This document shows, one piece after another, positions 38,302-48,008 of a stretch of 64,000 nt of DNA (the stretch's first letter is position 1; every line of letters starts with the position of its first letter). The notes beneath the pieces were generated by a model, which worked only from the letters and a program-made list of their open reading frames with translations, did not search any database and was not told the origin of the DNA. The translations under genes and the position numbers were made by a program. Origin of the DNA: an uncultured Planctomycetota bacterium (GTDB lineage Bacteria > Planctomycetota > Phycisphaerae > Tepidisphaerales > Tepidisphaeraceae); the NCBI GenBank assembly GCA_963841915.1, contig CAWJEN010000006.1, forward strand, positions 960,001 through 1,024,000, read 5' to 3'.

Positions 38302-38493
38302 CTCAGCGGCGTCGCTCGCGCGGGTCGAGGCGGCGTTCTCATCAAGGGCGGCGGCGCGCTCGAAGAACTTGGCACGCTCACCGCGATCGCTTTCGACAAG
38401 ACCGGCACGATCACGCGCGGCGAACCCCGTCTGACCGACGTCGCCGCGGCCGAGGGCGCGACGGAGGATGAACTGCTGAGCGTTGCCGCGGCG
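38293..38493 (+). pseudogene. Heavy-metal P1B-ATPase internal fragment
   Basis: SAVLSGVARAGRGGVLIKGGGALEELG..AFDKTGTIT.GEP. Confidence 0.9.
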
Positions 38494-39717
38494 GCACGGC
38501 AGTTGAGCATCTCCGAAAAGACGCTGGCCAACTTGGTGCTGGACCGGCGGCTGACGCCGACGCTGACGCCGGCGTCTTCCACGGCGCAGGTGGAGGGCCA
38601 GGACGACCCGACGGTCTTGCGGCGACGCATCCGTGAGCTCGAAGTGCAGCTGCGGCGTGCCGAGTCCGAGCGGGAGACCCTCAAGCGGGCCACCGCGTTC
38701 TTCGCCCGCGAGGACGAACAGGACCACACGCAGGACCGCCCCCGGGAAAAGCGATGAGAGCACGGACGCGCAAGCTCGCACGGACGCGCAAGCTCGCACG
38801 GAAGCGTCTCTGGATCGAGAACTATCGCGGCACGTTCGACCTGACGAGCAGGTGCCGCGTGCTGGGCGTAGGCCGCAGCGGGCTCTATGCCGCGCGTCTG
38901 CAACGCACGTGATTGCCCGGCCCGCGTCAGGTTCGTCGGCAACGCCTTGCCGAGCAGGTGCGGGTCGTCCACGAGCAATCGTGTGGGACCTACACCGCCC
39001 CGCGGGTCGCCAAAGCCCTTGAGCAGCAAGGTGAGTCGGCCTGCCGCAACACGGTGGCGACGCTGATGCATTAACAGAATCTGCGTGGCCGCGGAAGACG
39101 GCGGCGTGTCCACGCACCACCGACAGCCATCACGGCAAGCCCGTCGCGGCCAACGTGCTCGATCGCCGCTTCACCGCAGATCGGCCCGATCAAAGCTGGG
39201 TCGGCGACATCACCTACGTCGCCACGGATGCAGTCTTTTTGTATCTGGCGGTCATGATCGACCTGTTCAGTCGGAAGGTGGTGGGGTGGTCGATGACCGA
39301 CCACATGCGGGCCGAGTTGTGCACCGACGCGTTGGCCATAGCGCTGGCGAACCGGCATCCGCGGGTAACTCCAGACCCGCCATTGCTGTTCCACAGCGAC
39401 AGGGGCAGTCAATACGCCATCCAGCCCCATCGCTTGGTGTTGGACGAGAATGCCATGACCTGTTCGATGAGCCGCGTGGGCGACTGCTGGGACAACGCGG
39501 TGTCGGAGAGCTTCTTCGCGACGCTCAAGACGGAACTGGTGCACGGGGAAAACCACCCCGACTACGCCGCCGCGTGTCGGTCGATCTTCGAATACGTCGA
39601 GGTGTTCTGCAACCGCCAGAGAATGCACTCGAGCCTGAACTACTTGTGCCCCGGAGCGTTCGAGGCCACACCTCCTTCACCCAACCGCCCCACGCCCACC
39701 GAACGTGGGTAATACCA
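38479..39717 (+). mobile_element. Degenerate IS3-family element, left end missing
   Basis: orfA AARQLSISEKTLAN..IRELE..ERETLKRATAFFA; orfB CRVLGVGRSG, WVGDITY, FHSDRGSQY, CWDNAVSESFF; candidate right end ..gaacgtgggtaatacCA at 39717. Confidence 0.88.
38760..38802 (+). repeat. 18-bp tandem duplication gcacggacgcgcaagctc (about 2.4 copies)
   Basis: Read directly at the orfA/orfB junction. Confidence 0.9.
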
Positions 39718-39718
39718 C

Positions 39719-39982
39719 ACCCCCGGCGGCCGGGCCTTGGCCGGGATGCTGGAGGTGTTCGACGAGTTCGAGCGGGACATCCTCCGCGAGCGCGTGCGGG
39801 CCGAAATCGCCCAGGCTCGTAAGGAAGGCCGCCCCCACGGCCGACCCAAGACCGCCGCCAAGCTCGCCGGCCGCATGCGCACTCTCCGCCGCCAGGGCTT
39901 GAGCAAACGCAAGATCGCCGAACAGCTCGGCATCAGCCGCACCAGCGTTATCCGCCACCTTGCCGAGGTGCCGGTCGCTTAG
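39719..39982 (+). pseudogene. Serine resolvase/invertase C-terminal part, cut by the IS3 element
   Basis: TPGGRALAGML.VF.EFERDILRERV..GRPHGRP..HTH GLSKRKIAEQLGISRTSV. Confidence 0.88.
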
Positions 39983-40015
39983 CGTGCAAAAAGTAACCAA
40001 CGGAGGAGTAGCCCC
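39978..40015 (-). mobile_element. Tn3-family 38-bp terminal inverted repeat
   Basis: Minus strand GGGGCTACTCCTCCGTTGGTTACTTTTTGCACGCTAAG: 38 bp, GGGG...ACGCTAAG, directly after the resolvase. Confidence 0.8.
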
Positions 40016-40217
40016 TAAGAAAGTAGACGCCGCTAGCTGCGGGACCACCGCCCAAAGCTACCTAGAGGGAGGACGCGCTACCGATCAGAGCGGGCCACTT
40101 CAGAGCGGCTTCAACTCATCCGTAGCGGTTTGGCTTCTTGTGCATCTGGTGCATTCTCTTGTAGCCGCAAGGTTCTCTCCGCGGCTGCGAGGGACTTGAC
40201 GCCGCTCGAGAGGCGGC

Positions 40218-40391
40218 GAGCACAAGCTGACGCTGCCGAATGGCCTGCTGGCGTTCGATATCTCGGCCGGGCAGGAAACAAACGTGCTAATGGCGGCGGT
40301 GACACTGAGCGTTGTGCCGCTCATCATCGTCTTTGTCGTGTTGCAGAAGCAGCTCATTGCCGGCATCCAATTGGGTGGCGTGAAGGAGTGA
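40218..40391 (+). pseudogene. Carbohydrate ABC permease (MalG-like) C-terminal fragment
   Basis: Manual translation KLTLPNGLLAF..LMAAVTLSVVPLIIVFVVLQKQLIAGIQLGGVKE*. Confidence 0.8.
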
Positions 40392-40455
40392 CCGCCCGGA
40401 GCGGCGGTATCCTTACCGCTCCCGCTCGTTCCTGCCGCGCCGACCACCACCTGTC

Positions 40456-42396
40456 ATGACCAACTTTGCCAGTCGCTGTTTCTGCTCCGTGCTCGGTCTT
40501 TGCTTGCTCGGAAGCGTCGCCAGCGCCCACCCGACGCCGCAGCCGCATCGACCCGAGATCGCGCAATACGAGGCAAGCCCGCTGCCCGACCGCATTGTGC
40601 TGACCTGGGTCGAGGACCCGGCGACGTCGCAGGCTGTGACGTGGCGGACCAATACCAGCGTCGACACCTCGTGGGCGGAAATTGCGATCGCCGGCCACGG
40701 GCCCGACTTCATCGACGACAGCCACCGACTCGCCGCCGAGTCGACCGAACTGAGCACGCATCTGGGCAAGGTGCGGTATCACACGGTGCGGTTCGAGGAG
40801 CTGACACCCAGGACGATGTACGCCTACCGCGTCGGTGACGGTGAGCGGTGGAGCGAGTGGTTCCACTTCACGACAGCCAGCGACAAGGCCGAGCCGTTCA
40901 CGTTCATCTACTTTGGCGACGCGCAGAACGCGATCCGCTCGATGTGGTCACGCGTGCTGCGTGAGGCCCATGCCGAAGCGCCTCGGGCTGCCTTTGCCAT
41001 TCATGCGGGCGACCTTGTGAATGTCGGTGACAGCGAGCGCGACTGGGGCGAGTGGTTTGCAGCCGGCGGCTGGCTCAACGGCATGCTGCCGGTCGTTCCG
41101 GTTCCCGGTAATCACGAGTACCACCTCGATCATGAAGGACCTGAGCCGGTGCGGGCCCTTGCACCGACGTGGACTTCGCAGTTCCCGCTTCCCGACAACG
41201 GCCCGGCCGAAACGCGTGGCACGGCTTACTGCCTCGACTATCAGGGCGTCCGCCTCCTGGCACTCGACACGAATCAGCCCATCGACGGGCAGGCGGCGTG
41301 GCTGGACGAACGTCTCGAAGAGAACGAGCAGAACTGGGTCATCGTCACGATGCACCACCCCGTCCACTCGGCGGCGGCGAATCGACAAAACGATCGGCTA
41401 CGCGAGATACTCGACCCGCTGTTCAGGCGGCACGGCGTGGACCTGGTGCTGCAGGGTCATGACCACACCTACGCCCGCGGCGTCGTCAATGGACCAACCG
41501 GTGACGTCAACGTGCCGGCCGGTCGGACGCATCAAGTCGAAGGCGGACCAGTTTTCGTTGTCTCCGTCAGCGGACCCAAGATGTACGCCATCGACCGCGA
41601 GCCCTGGATGCAACGCATCGCCGAGGGCACGCAGCTGTACCAGGTCATCCACGTCGACGGCGACACGCTGAGTTACGAAGCACGCACGGCCAAGGGCGAG
41701 CTGTACGACGCGTTCACACTCGACAAGAAGGCCGGTCTCATCGAGCAACCGGTCGAGATGGACGAGCGGATTCGCGAGCCGGAGATGCCTGTGACGCAGC
41801 GGCCGCATCAGCCTTGGGTGTTCCGTTGCGTGCTGGATCGGCGGGCGCGGACGGTGGTGGTCGCCCTGTCGAATGACGTGTGGGCCGCATGGGATGCCGA
41901 AACGTGCGACTTGTACAAGGTGTGGTCCGGCGAAGCGGCTGGCGAGGGAAAGGGTGGTATGAAGTTCACCGGCACCGTCTACGACACGCGGCACGGCCCG
42001 CAGCCGCAGACGCAAGGTGAGGTTTTTGACAGCTTCGCGACGTCGAGCTGGACCGTTCTACGCGATGGTCAACCCGTCGAGGCAACGCCTCGCTGGCTCG
42101 GCCATCGCGTCGACGGCACCGAGAGCGTCACCCTCAAGCGTGAGCTTCGGCTCGACGACGAGACGGTCGTGACCATCTCTGAATCACCAGAAGCCGCCGG
42201 CCCGCGGGCGTTACGCCGCATGTTTAAGGTCGAAGGCTTACCAGTCGCAACGACGCTTCGGTTGCAACTTGCCAACGGCCCGGCGGCGACCGTCGTCGCC
42301 GAGGGCGGTACGGTGTTGGAAGAAAACCGCGGGCAGCGGGTGGTGCTGTTCGAGATTGCCGCCAACGGCCAAGCCGCGGCGACGGTGACTTGGTAG
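40456..42396 (+). CDS. Purple acid phosphatase-like metallophosphoesterase with extra C-terminal domain
   Basis: Signal peptide; FN3-like N-domain; GDAQ, GDLV, GNHE, MHHP, GHDH motifs. Confidence 0.9.
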   Translation: MTNFASRCFCSVLGLCLLGSVASAHPTPQPHRPEIAQYEASPLPDRIVLTWVEDPATSQAVTWRTNTSVDTSWAEIAIAGHGPDFIDDSHRLAAESTELSTHLGKVRYHTVRFEELTPRTMYAYRVGDGERWSEWFHFTTASDKAEPFTFIYFGDAQNAIRSMWSRVLREAHAEAPRAAFAIHAGDLVNVGDSERDWGEWFAAGGWLNGMLPVVPVPGNHEYHLDHEGPEPVRALAPTWTSQFPLPDNGPAETRGTAYCLDYQGVRLLALDTNQPIDGQAAWLDERLEENEQNWVIVTMHHPVHSAAANRQNDRLREILDPLFRRHGVDLVLQGHDHTYARGVVNGPTGDVNVPAGRTHQVEGGPVFVVSVSGPKMYAIDREPWMQRIAEGTQLYQVIHVDGDTLSYEARTAKGELYDAFTLDKKAGLIEQPVEMDERIREPEMPVTQRPHQPWVFRCVLDRRARTVVVALSNDVWAAWDAETCDLYKVWSGEAAGEGKGGMKFTGTVYDTRHGPQPQTQGEVFDSFATSSWTVLRDGQPVEATPRWLGHRVDGTESVTLKRELRLDDETVVTISESPEAAGPRALRRMFKVEGLPVATTLRLQLANGPAATVVAEGGTVLEENRGQRVVLFEIAANGQAAATVTW

Positions 42397-42421
42397 AAGT
42401 TCCCTAACCCTCGATAGCATC

Positions 42422-45133
42422 ATGTTGATCCAACGCTTCGGTCGCCCGCTCCTTGCTGTCTTGTGCCTCGCCTCGCTGGCGGCGGCTGATCCTGAGCCCG
42501 TCGACGTGGCCGACCTGGCGCTCGGCGAGGGCTTGTCGCTCCGCGTCTACGACCTCGGCGAGCCGATCGACCGTTTGCCGACCCTGATCGAGGGCCAGAC
42601 GGCCAACGTAAATAAGACGGTCGAGCGGCCCGACCTGGGCAACGACTCGTTCGAGCTCGATGACCGCTTCTACGCAGAGCTCACCGGATACCTACTCGTT
42701 GACGAGCCGGGCGAATACGAGTTCTCGCTAAAAAGCGACGACGGCAGCGCGTTCTACATCGGCAGCGACCTTGTCATCGGCCACGACGGCTTGCACGACC
42801 GCAACTCGTCGATCGAGAGCCTTGTCGAACTCGACGCTGGTGCGTACCCGATCCGCGTCGTTATGTTCGACAACACCAACTCGGCCATGCTGCGCCTGAG
42901 TTGGCGGACGCCGGGGACCGATCACATCGTCGTCATTCCGAGCAAGCACCTCAGAACGGAGACGGGCCAGGTGCGTGTCACCAGTCCCGGCACGAAGCAG
43001 TTCGACGTGCCCGGCGGGCCGCTCAAAAGCACCCGACGCGCCGGCGACAGGCGGCCTCTGGCCGGGGTTCACCCGGCGACACGTCTGGTCGAACTGCGGC
43101 CCGAAGGCTTCGAACCGGCCGTGGGCGGCATCGACTTTCTGCCGGACGGCCGCATGCTCGTGTGCCTTTGGGAACCCCAAGGCCGCGTCATGATGCTCGA
43201 CGGCGTGGCCGGGCCGGATGCCGACGCCGACTTCGTCGACGCCAAACAGATCGCCCAAGGCCTGGCCGAGCCGCTCGGCATCAACGTCATGATCGGCGAC
43301 GACGGCGAGGCGCGCATCTTCGTCCTGCAGAAGCAGGAACTCACCGAACTCATCGACCACGACGGCGACGACGTTATCGACGAGTACCGCGCGGCTGTCA
43401 CCGGCTGGCCCGTCAGCGACAACTTCCACGAGTTCGCCTTCGGCCTCACCCAGCGCGACGGCAAGCTGTACGGCACGCTCGCGCTGGCCATCAATCCCGG
43501 TGGCGCGACGACCGAGCCGCAGGTCGACGGTCGCGGCACGGTTATCGAGATGGACCCGGACGCGGGCACCTACCGCACCTACGCCGCCGGGCTTCGCACG
43601 CCCAACGGCATCGGCTACGGCGAGGCCGGTGAGATCTACATCCTCGACAATCAAGGTGACTGGCTGCCCAGCAGCAAGGTGTTGCGGCTCGAAGAAGGTG
43701 CGTTTTACAACTCGCACATCACCCCGCCGCACCCGTATGCGACACGACCCGTCACCCCGCCTGTCGCCTGGTTGCCGCAAGGAGAAATCGGCAACTCGCC
43801 CACCGCCCCGTCGCCCGTGCCCGACGGCTGGGGCCCCTACGCCGGTCAGCAGTTCCACGGCGATGTCACGCACGGCGGTGTGAAACGCGTCGATGTCGAG
43901 ATGGTCGAAGACGCCGACGGCAACGACGTCTGGCAGGGGTGCGTCTTCCGCTTCAGCCAAGGCCTCGAGGCCGGCACCAACCGCATGATGGTCGGCCCGG
44001 ACGGTGACCTCTACATCGGCGGAATCGGGTCCAACGGCAACTGGGGCCAAAGCGGCAAGTTGCGATTCGGCCTGCAAAAGCTCACGTGGACCGGTGATCT
44101 GCCCTTCGAGATGGTGCACGTGCTCCCGGGTCAGTCGAGCCAGGGCCAGGGCATCGAGATTGTCTTCACCACGCCGCTGGCCGAGGGTTCAGGCGCATCA
44201 GCGCAAAGCTACCGCGTCCGCCAATGGACGTACGAGCCCAACGAGAACTACGGTGGCCCGAAGATCGATCAGAGCGACGTGAGGATAACGTCGGTCGTCG
44301 TCTCAGATGACCGCTTGAAGGCTTACCTGCGGGTCGCCGACGAGACGCCGATGAAGGAGAACTTCCTCGTTCACGTGGTCCTCAACGATCAAGGCAATGA
44401 TGCCGTTCGCGGCGAAGGCGGCCTCGAACCCTGGACGACCGAAGGCTTCTACACCCTCAATACCCTGCCCATGCGCACTTCAAGTTTCGACACACAAAAT
44501 GATGACGACTTCACGACGCTCTTCGACGGCACCGCCGAGAGCGCGGCCGCCAACTGGCGCGGCTACAAGCAAGAGGCCCTGCCCGATGCGTGGCAAGTCG
44601 TCGACGGCAATCTGACCCTCACGAGCGGCGGCGCGGGTGACATCGTCACGAACGACACGTACACGGACTTCGACCTCCGTCTCGAGTGGAATATCAGCCA
44701 AGGCGGTAACAGCGGCATCTTTCATGGCGTCGCCGAAGAAGGCGAACACACGAAGAACACGTACCAGACCGGGCTTGAGATGCAGGTGCTCGACGACGAG
44801 CGGCACCCCGACGGTCGAAACGGCCGCGACCGGCTGGCGGGTGCGCTGTACAACCTAGTCGACGTGCCGGACCCGTCACCGGTTCGTCCGGCAGGTGAGT
44901 GGAACGAGGCCCGCATCGTCGTTGAGAACGATCGCGTCCTGCACTATCTGAACGGCACCGTCGTCGCCGACGTCATGCTCGGCAGCGACGACTGGAAGCA
45001 GCGTCTTGCCGCTTCGAAGTTCGCCGACTGGCCGCGCTTTGCCAAGGTCCGCACCGGTCATATCGGCCTGCAGGATCACGGCGACGTCGTCCACTACCGC
45101 AACATCCGCATCCGCCGACTCGGCGACGAGTGA
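42422..45133 (+). CDS. Secreted PA14 + beta-propeller + DUF1080 protein
   Basis: FSLKSDDGS (PA14); GLRTPNG, DNQGDW (propeller); GGNSGIF, EMQVLDD, GEWN, GHIGLQDHG (DUF1080). Confidence 0.88.
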   Translation: MLIQRFGRPLLAVLCLASLAAADPEPVDVADLALGEGLSLRVYDLGEPIDRLPTLIEGQTANVNKTVERPDLGNDSFELDDRFYAELTGYLLVDEPGEYEFSLKSDDGSAFYIGSDLVIGHDGLHDRNSSIESLVELDAGAYPIRVVMFDNTNSAMLRLSWRTPGTDHIVVIPSKHLRTETGQVRVTSPGTKQFDVPGGPLKSTRRAGDRRPLAGVHPATRLVELRPEGFEPAVGGIDFLPDGRMLVCLWEPQGRVMMLDGVAGPDADADFVDAKQIAQGLAEPLGINVMIGDDGEARIFVLQKQELTELIDHDGDDVIDEYRAAVTGWPVSDNFHEFAFGLTQRDGKLYGTLALAINPGGATTEPQVDGRGTVIEMDPDAGTYRTYAAGLRTPNGIGYGEAGEIYILDNQGDWLPSSKVLRLEEGAFYNSHITPPHPYATRPVTPPVAWLPQGEIGNSPTAPSPVPDGWGPYAGQQFHGDVTHGGVKRVDVEMVEDADGNDVWQGCVFRFSQGLEAGTNRMMVGPDGDLYIGGIGSNGNWGQSGKLRFGLQKLTWTGDLPFEMVHVLPGQSSQGQGIEIVFTTPLAEGSGASAQSYRVRQWTYEPNENYGGPKIDQSDVRITSVVVSDDRLKAYLRVADETPMKENFLVHVVLNDQGNDAVRGEGGLEPWTTEGFYTLNTLPMRTSSFDTQNDDDFTTLFDGTAESAAANWRGYKQEALPDAWQVVDGNLTLTSGGAGDIVTNDTYTDFDLRLEWNISQGGNSGIFHGVAEEGEHTKNTYQTGLEMQVLDDERHPDGRNGRDRLAGALYNLVDVPDPSPVRPAGEWNEARIVVENDRVLHYLNGTVVADVMLGSDDWKQRLAASKFADWPRFAKVRTGHIGLQDHGDVVHYRNIRIRRLGDE

Positions 45134-45340
45134 GCCGACAACCCAATAGTCCGGCTCGATCTCGTCCATCCGCTTTGCGGCAGCGACTCCGAGCTACGGG
45201 TCTCCACCGGACTGACCTATCAGGCTGTCGGAGTGCCGTGTGGAATGACCTACTGGTCGCCCCGCAACCGACCAGGCGGCCATGTCTTCAGCCGTTGAGG
45301 CAAGAGGTCAGCTTGCGGCAAAATTGGATAGCCTGTTGCC

Positions 45341-46765
45341 ATGCCCGACGCCAAGCAGCCGAACGTTGTTGTCGTATTTTCCGATCAGCAGCGTCATGAC
45401 TCGTGCGGCCTGCACGGCAATCCGCTCGGGCTCACGCCGAACTTCGACCACTTTGCGAGTCGCGGGACGCACGTCGCTACGTGCATCACGCCGCAACCCG
45501 TGTGCGGTCCGGCGCGGGCTTGCCTGCAGACCGGTCGTTTTGCGACGGCCGTCGGCGGTGGGTGCCACACGAACAATGGCATCCTGCCGACCGACTCGGA
45601 CGCGCTGGCCAAGCGGTTTGCAGCGGCGGGCTACGCGACGGGTTACTTCGGCAAGTGGCACCTTGGCCCTGGTGGCGGAGCGAGCCAAGCCGTCGCCCCC
45701 GAGCATCGCGGCGGCTGGCAAACGTGGCTCGCCGCCAACGCCATCGAAGCCTGCAGCGACTCGTACCACGCTGTTGCTTACGACGAAGAAGGTCGCGAGC
45801 ACCTGCTGCCCGGCTACCGCAGCGACGCCTTCACCGACGCCGCCATCCGGTTCATCGGCGAGCATCGCAACGGGCCGTTTCTGTGCATGGTGAGCAATCT
45901 CGAGCCGCACATGCAAAACCACCGCGACGCGCACCCGGCACCCGACGGGTACGAGCAACGCTACCACGGCCGCTGGACGCCACCCGATCTGGCGGCCCTG
46001 CCCGGTGTTCACCCGTTCTACGAACACCTTGTCGGCGGTAACGCCCAACAGGAGCTTGGCGGTTACTGGGGCATGTGCAAACGACTCGACGAAGGGCTCG
46101 GCCGCGTGATGGATGCCCTGCGGTCGCTAGGCCAACTCGACAACACCATCGTCGTCTACACGAGCGATCACGCGAGTCATTTCCGCACGCGAAATGATGA
46201 GTACAAGCGATCGCCTCATGAGAGCAGCGTGCGTGTGCCTTGCATGTTCCACGGCGGCCCGTTCACCGGTGGCGGGCGGATCGAGGTGCCCTTTCAGCTG
46301 ACCGACCTGGCACCGACGCTGTGCGACGCGGCAGGTCTGGGGTCGCCGACGGGCTCGCAAGGCAAGAGCCTGCTGCCGATCGTCAAGCGTCAGTCGACGG
46401 AGTGGCCCCAGGAGGCTTTTATACAGATCAGCGAGAGCGTGTGCGGCAGAGCGGTGCGGACGGCGCGGTGGAAGTACGCTGTCGAAGACAGAGACACGAA
46501 GGCGACGGAGCCGTTCGGCAGTCGGTACGTCGAGACGCATCTGTATGACCTGGCGAGCGACCCGTACGAGCTGTGCAATCTGGCCGGGATCGAGGCGTAT
46601 GCGACGGTCCGGCAGGAGATGAAAGAGCGGCTGCGTCGACGCATGGCCGAGGCGGGCGAGCCGGTGGCGGAGCTGGTCGACGCGGAGGTGCCGACGGTGC
46701 TGCCGGGGCAGGCGTCGCAGCTGGAGATTCGGGCGAGCGATGTGAAGCTGCCGAGGGTCGACTGA
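45341..46765 (+). CDS. Sulfatase (formylglycine-dependent)
   Basis: PNVVVVFSDQQR, CGPAR (CxPxR), GKWHL, YTSDH, LYDLASDPYE. Confidence 0.93.
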   Translation: MPDAKQPNVVVVFSDQQRHDSCGLHGNPLGLTPNFDHFASRGTHVATCITPQPVCGPARACLQTGRFATAVGGGCHTNNGILPTDSDALAKRFAAAGYATGYFGKWHLGPGGGASQAVAPEHRGGWQTWLAANAIEACSDSYHAVAYDEEGREHLLPGYRSDAFTDAAIRFIGEHRNGPFLCMVSNLEPHMQNHRDAHPAPDGYEQRYHGRWTPPDLAALPGVHPFYEHLVGGNAQQELGGYWGMCKRLDEGLGRVMDALRSLGQLDNTIVVYTSDHASHFRTRNDEYKRSPHESSVRVPCMFHGGPFTGGGRIEVPFQLTDLAPTLCDAAGLGSPTGSQGKSLLPIVKRQSTEWPQEAFIQISESVCGRAVRTARWKYAVEDRDTKATEPFGSRYVETHLYDLASDPYELCNLAGIEAYATVRQEMKERLRRRMAEAGEPVAELVDAEVPTVLPGQASQLEIRASDVKLPRVD

Positions 46766-46938
46766 GCAAGGTTGCGCGATGGCGGCCGCGGTGGCGCATG
46801 TCGTAATCTGCCGTATTCAGACGCACCCAGTTGCGACGGCGGTCGATTCATGCTGTATTTTTTGCTGGAAACGGCTGCAATTTTGCAGCTCGGCCGACGA
46901 CCCGCCGACGCAGTCGGAGGCTCGGCGAGTGCTCAGAA

Positions 46939-46954
46939 TGTTCCACGTGGAACA
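46939..46954. promoter_or_regulatory. parS site 1
   Basis: Perfect palindrome TGTTCCACGTGGAACA. Confidence 0.9.
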
Positions 46955-47013
46955 ATGGGCCGAGGCAAAACCCCGCTGCCGAGCCGCCAACGCACTCGGC
47001 GGGTCCGGCGGAA

Positions 47014-47029
47014 TGTTCCACGTGGAACA
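47014..47029. promoter_or_regulatory. parS site 2
   Basis: TGTTCCACGTGGAACA inside a 20-bp palindrome aatgttccacgtggaacatt. Confidence 0.9.
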
Positions 47030-47129
47030 TTGCCGCGTCCGGCGACTCCAATGGCCGCCGCCGCGCAACAAACATTCGCGTTGCAGGTGCTGGAGCGGCT
47101 GGAGCTTGACGCTCTTCTAATGTGTTTCG

Positions 47130-48008
47130 ATGCCTCTCGCGTTCATCGGTCTCGGCAGCAACCTCGGAGATCGGCAGTCGCTGATCTACGTCGCGATCGA
47201 CAAGATCAATCAGCTCGACGGCATTCGGGTCACGCGGACAAGCGACCTCTACGCGTCAGCGGCCCACGACTCGCCGCCGGGTTCGCCGAACTACCTCAAT
47301 GCGGTGGCTGAGGTGTCGACGACGCTGACGCCAACGCAGTTGCTGACGTCGCTGCAGACCATCGAGCACATGCTGGGTCGCGAGCGGCCGGCTGACGTTC
47401 GCAACGCGCCACGGTCGATCGATCTGGACTTGCTGCTTTATGAAGGGCTGGTATTGGAGACGCCCGAACTGACGCTGCCACACCCGCGGATGAACGAGCG
47501 TGCCTTCGTACTCGCGCCGCTGTGCGAGCTTTATCCGGCGTTTGTGCACCCGACGACGGGTCAGACACTGTCGACGCACTACGAGCAGATCAAGCCCACC
47601 GCAACGCCTGCTGTCCGGTTGAACAACATCAAGTCGATGGTGCTCGACAAGCGTGGGCTAACACCAGTTGATCGCTTGGCGGGAGGCATCGGATTGGCGG
47701 CTGCATTGCTCGTCGCCACCGTCGTATTTGGCAGCAGCTTCCTTGTCCTGCTGCAGTTGGAACCGGACCTCTTGCCGATTTCCGTCTTTGGCCTGCTGCT
47801 CTCGGCCATTGGAGGTTATGGCCTGATCCGTTACCACAGAGCCGCGGAGCGTCTCGACCGTTACGTGAGGACCCTGCCGCCGGACGATGATGCCGACGAC
47901 GTGGGTCATGGGTTTGAGGTGCTCGATGCCGAGGTCGTTGCCGAGGCTTCGCTACCGTCGCCCGATGCAAGTGTGCCGGACGATCAGCGAGATGCGGCAA
48001 GCCCGTGA
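47130..48008 (+). CDS. folK: 2-amino-4-hydroxy-6-hydroxymethyldihydropteridine diphosphokinase with C-terminal membrane extension
   Basis: FIGLGSNLGDR, YLNAV, PRSIDLDLL, LPHPRMNERAFVLAPL. Confidence 0.93.
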   Translation: MPLAFIGLGSNLGDRQSLIYVAIDKINQLDGIRVTRTSDLYASAAHDSPPGSPNYLNAVAEVSTTLTPTQLLTSLQTIEHMLGRERPADVRNAPRSIDLDLLLYEGLVLETPELTLPHPRMNERAFVLAPLCELYPAFVHPTTGQTLSTHYEQIKPTATPAVRLNNIKSMVLDKRGLTPVDRLAGGIGLAAALLVATVVFGSSFLVLLQLEPDLLPISVFGLLLSAIGGYGLIRYHRAAERLDRYVRTLPPDDDADDVGHGFEVLDAEVVAEASLPSPDASVPDDQRDAASP

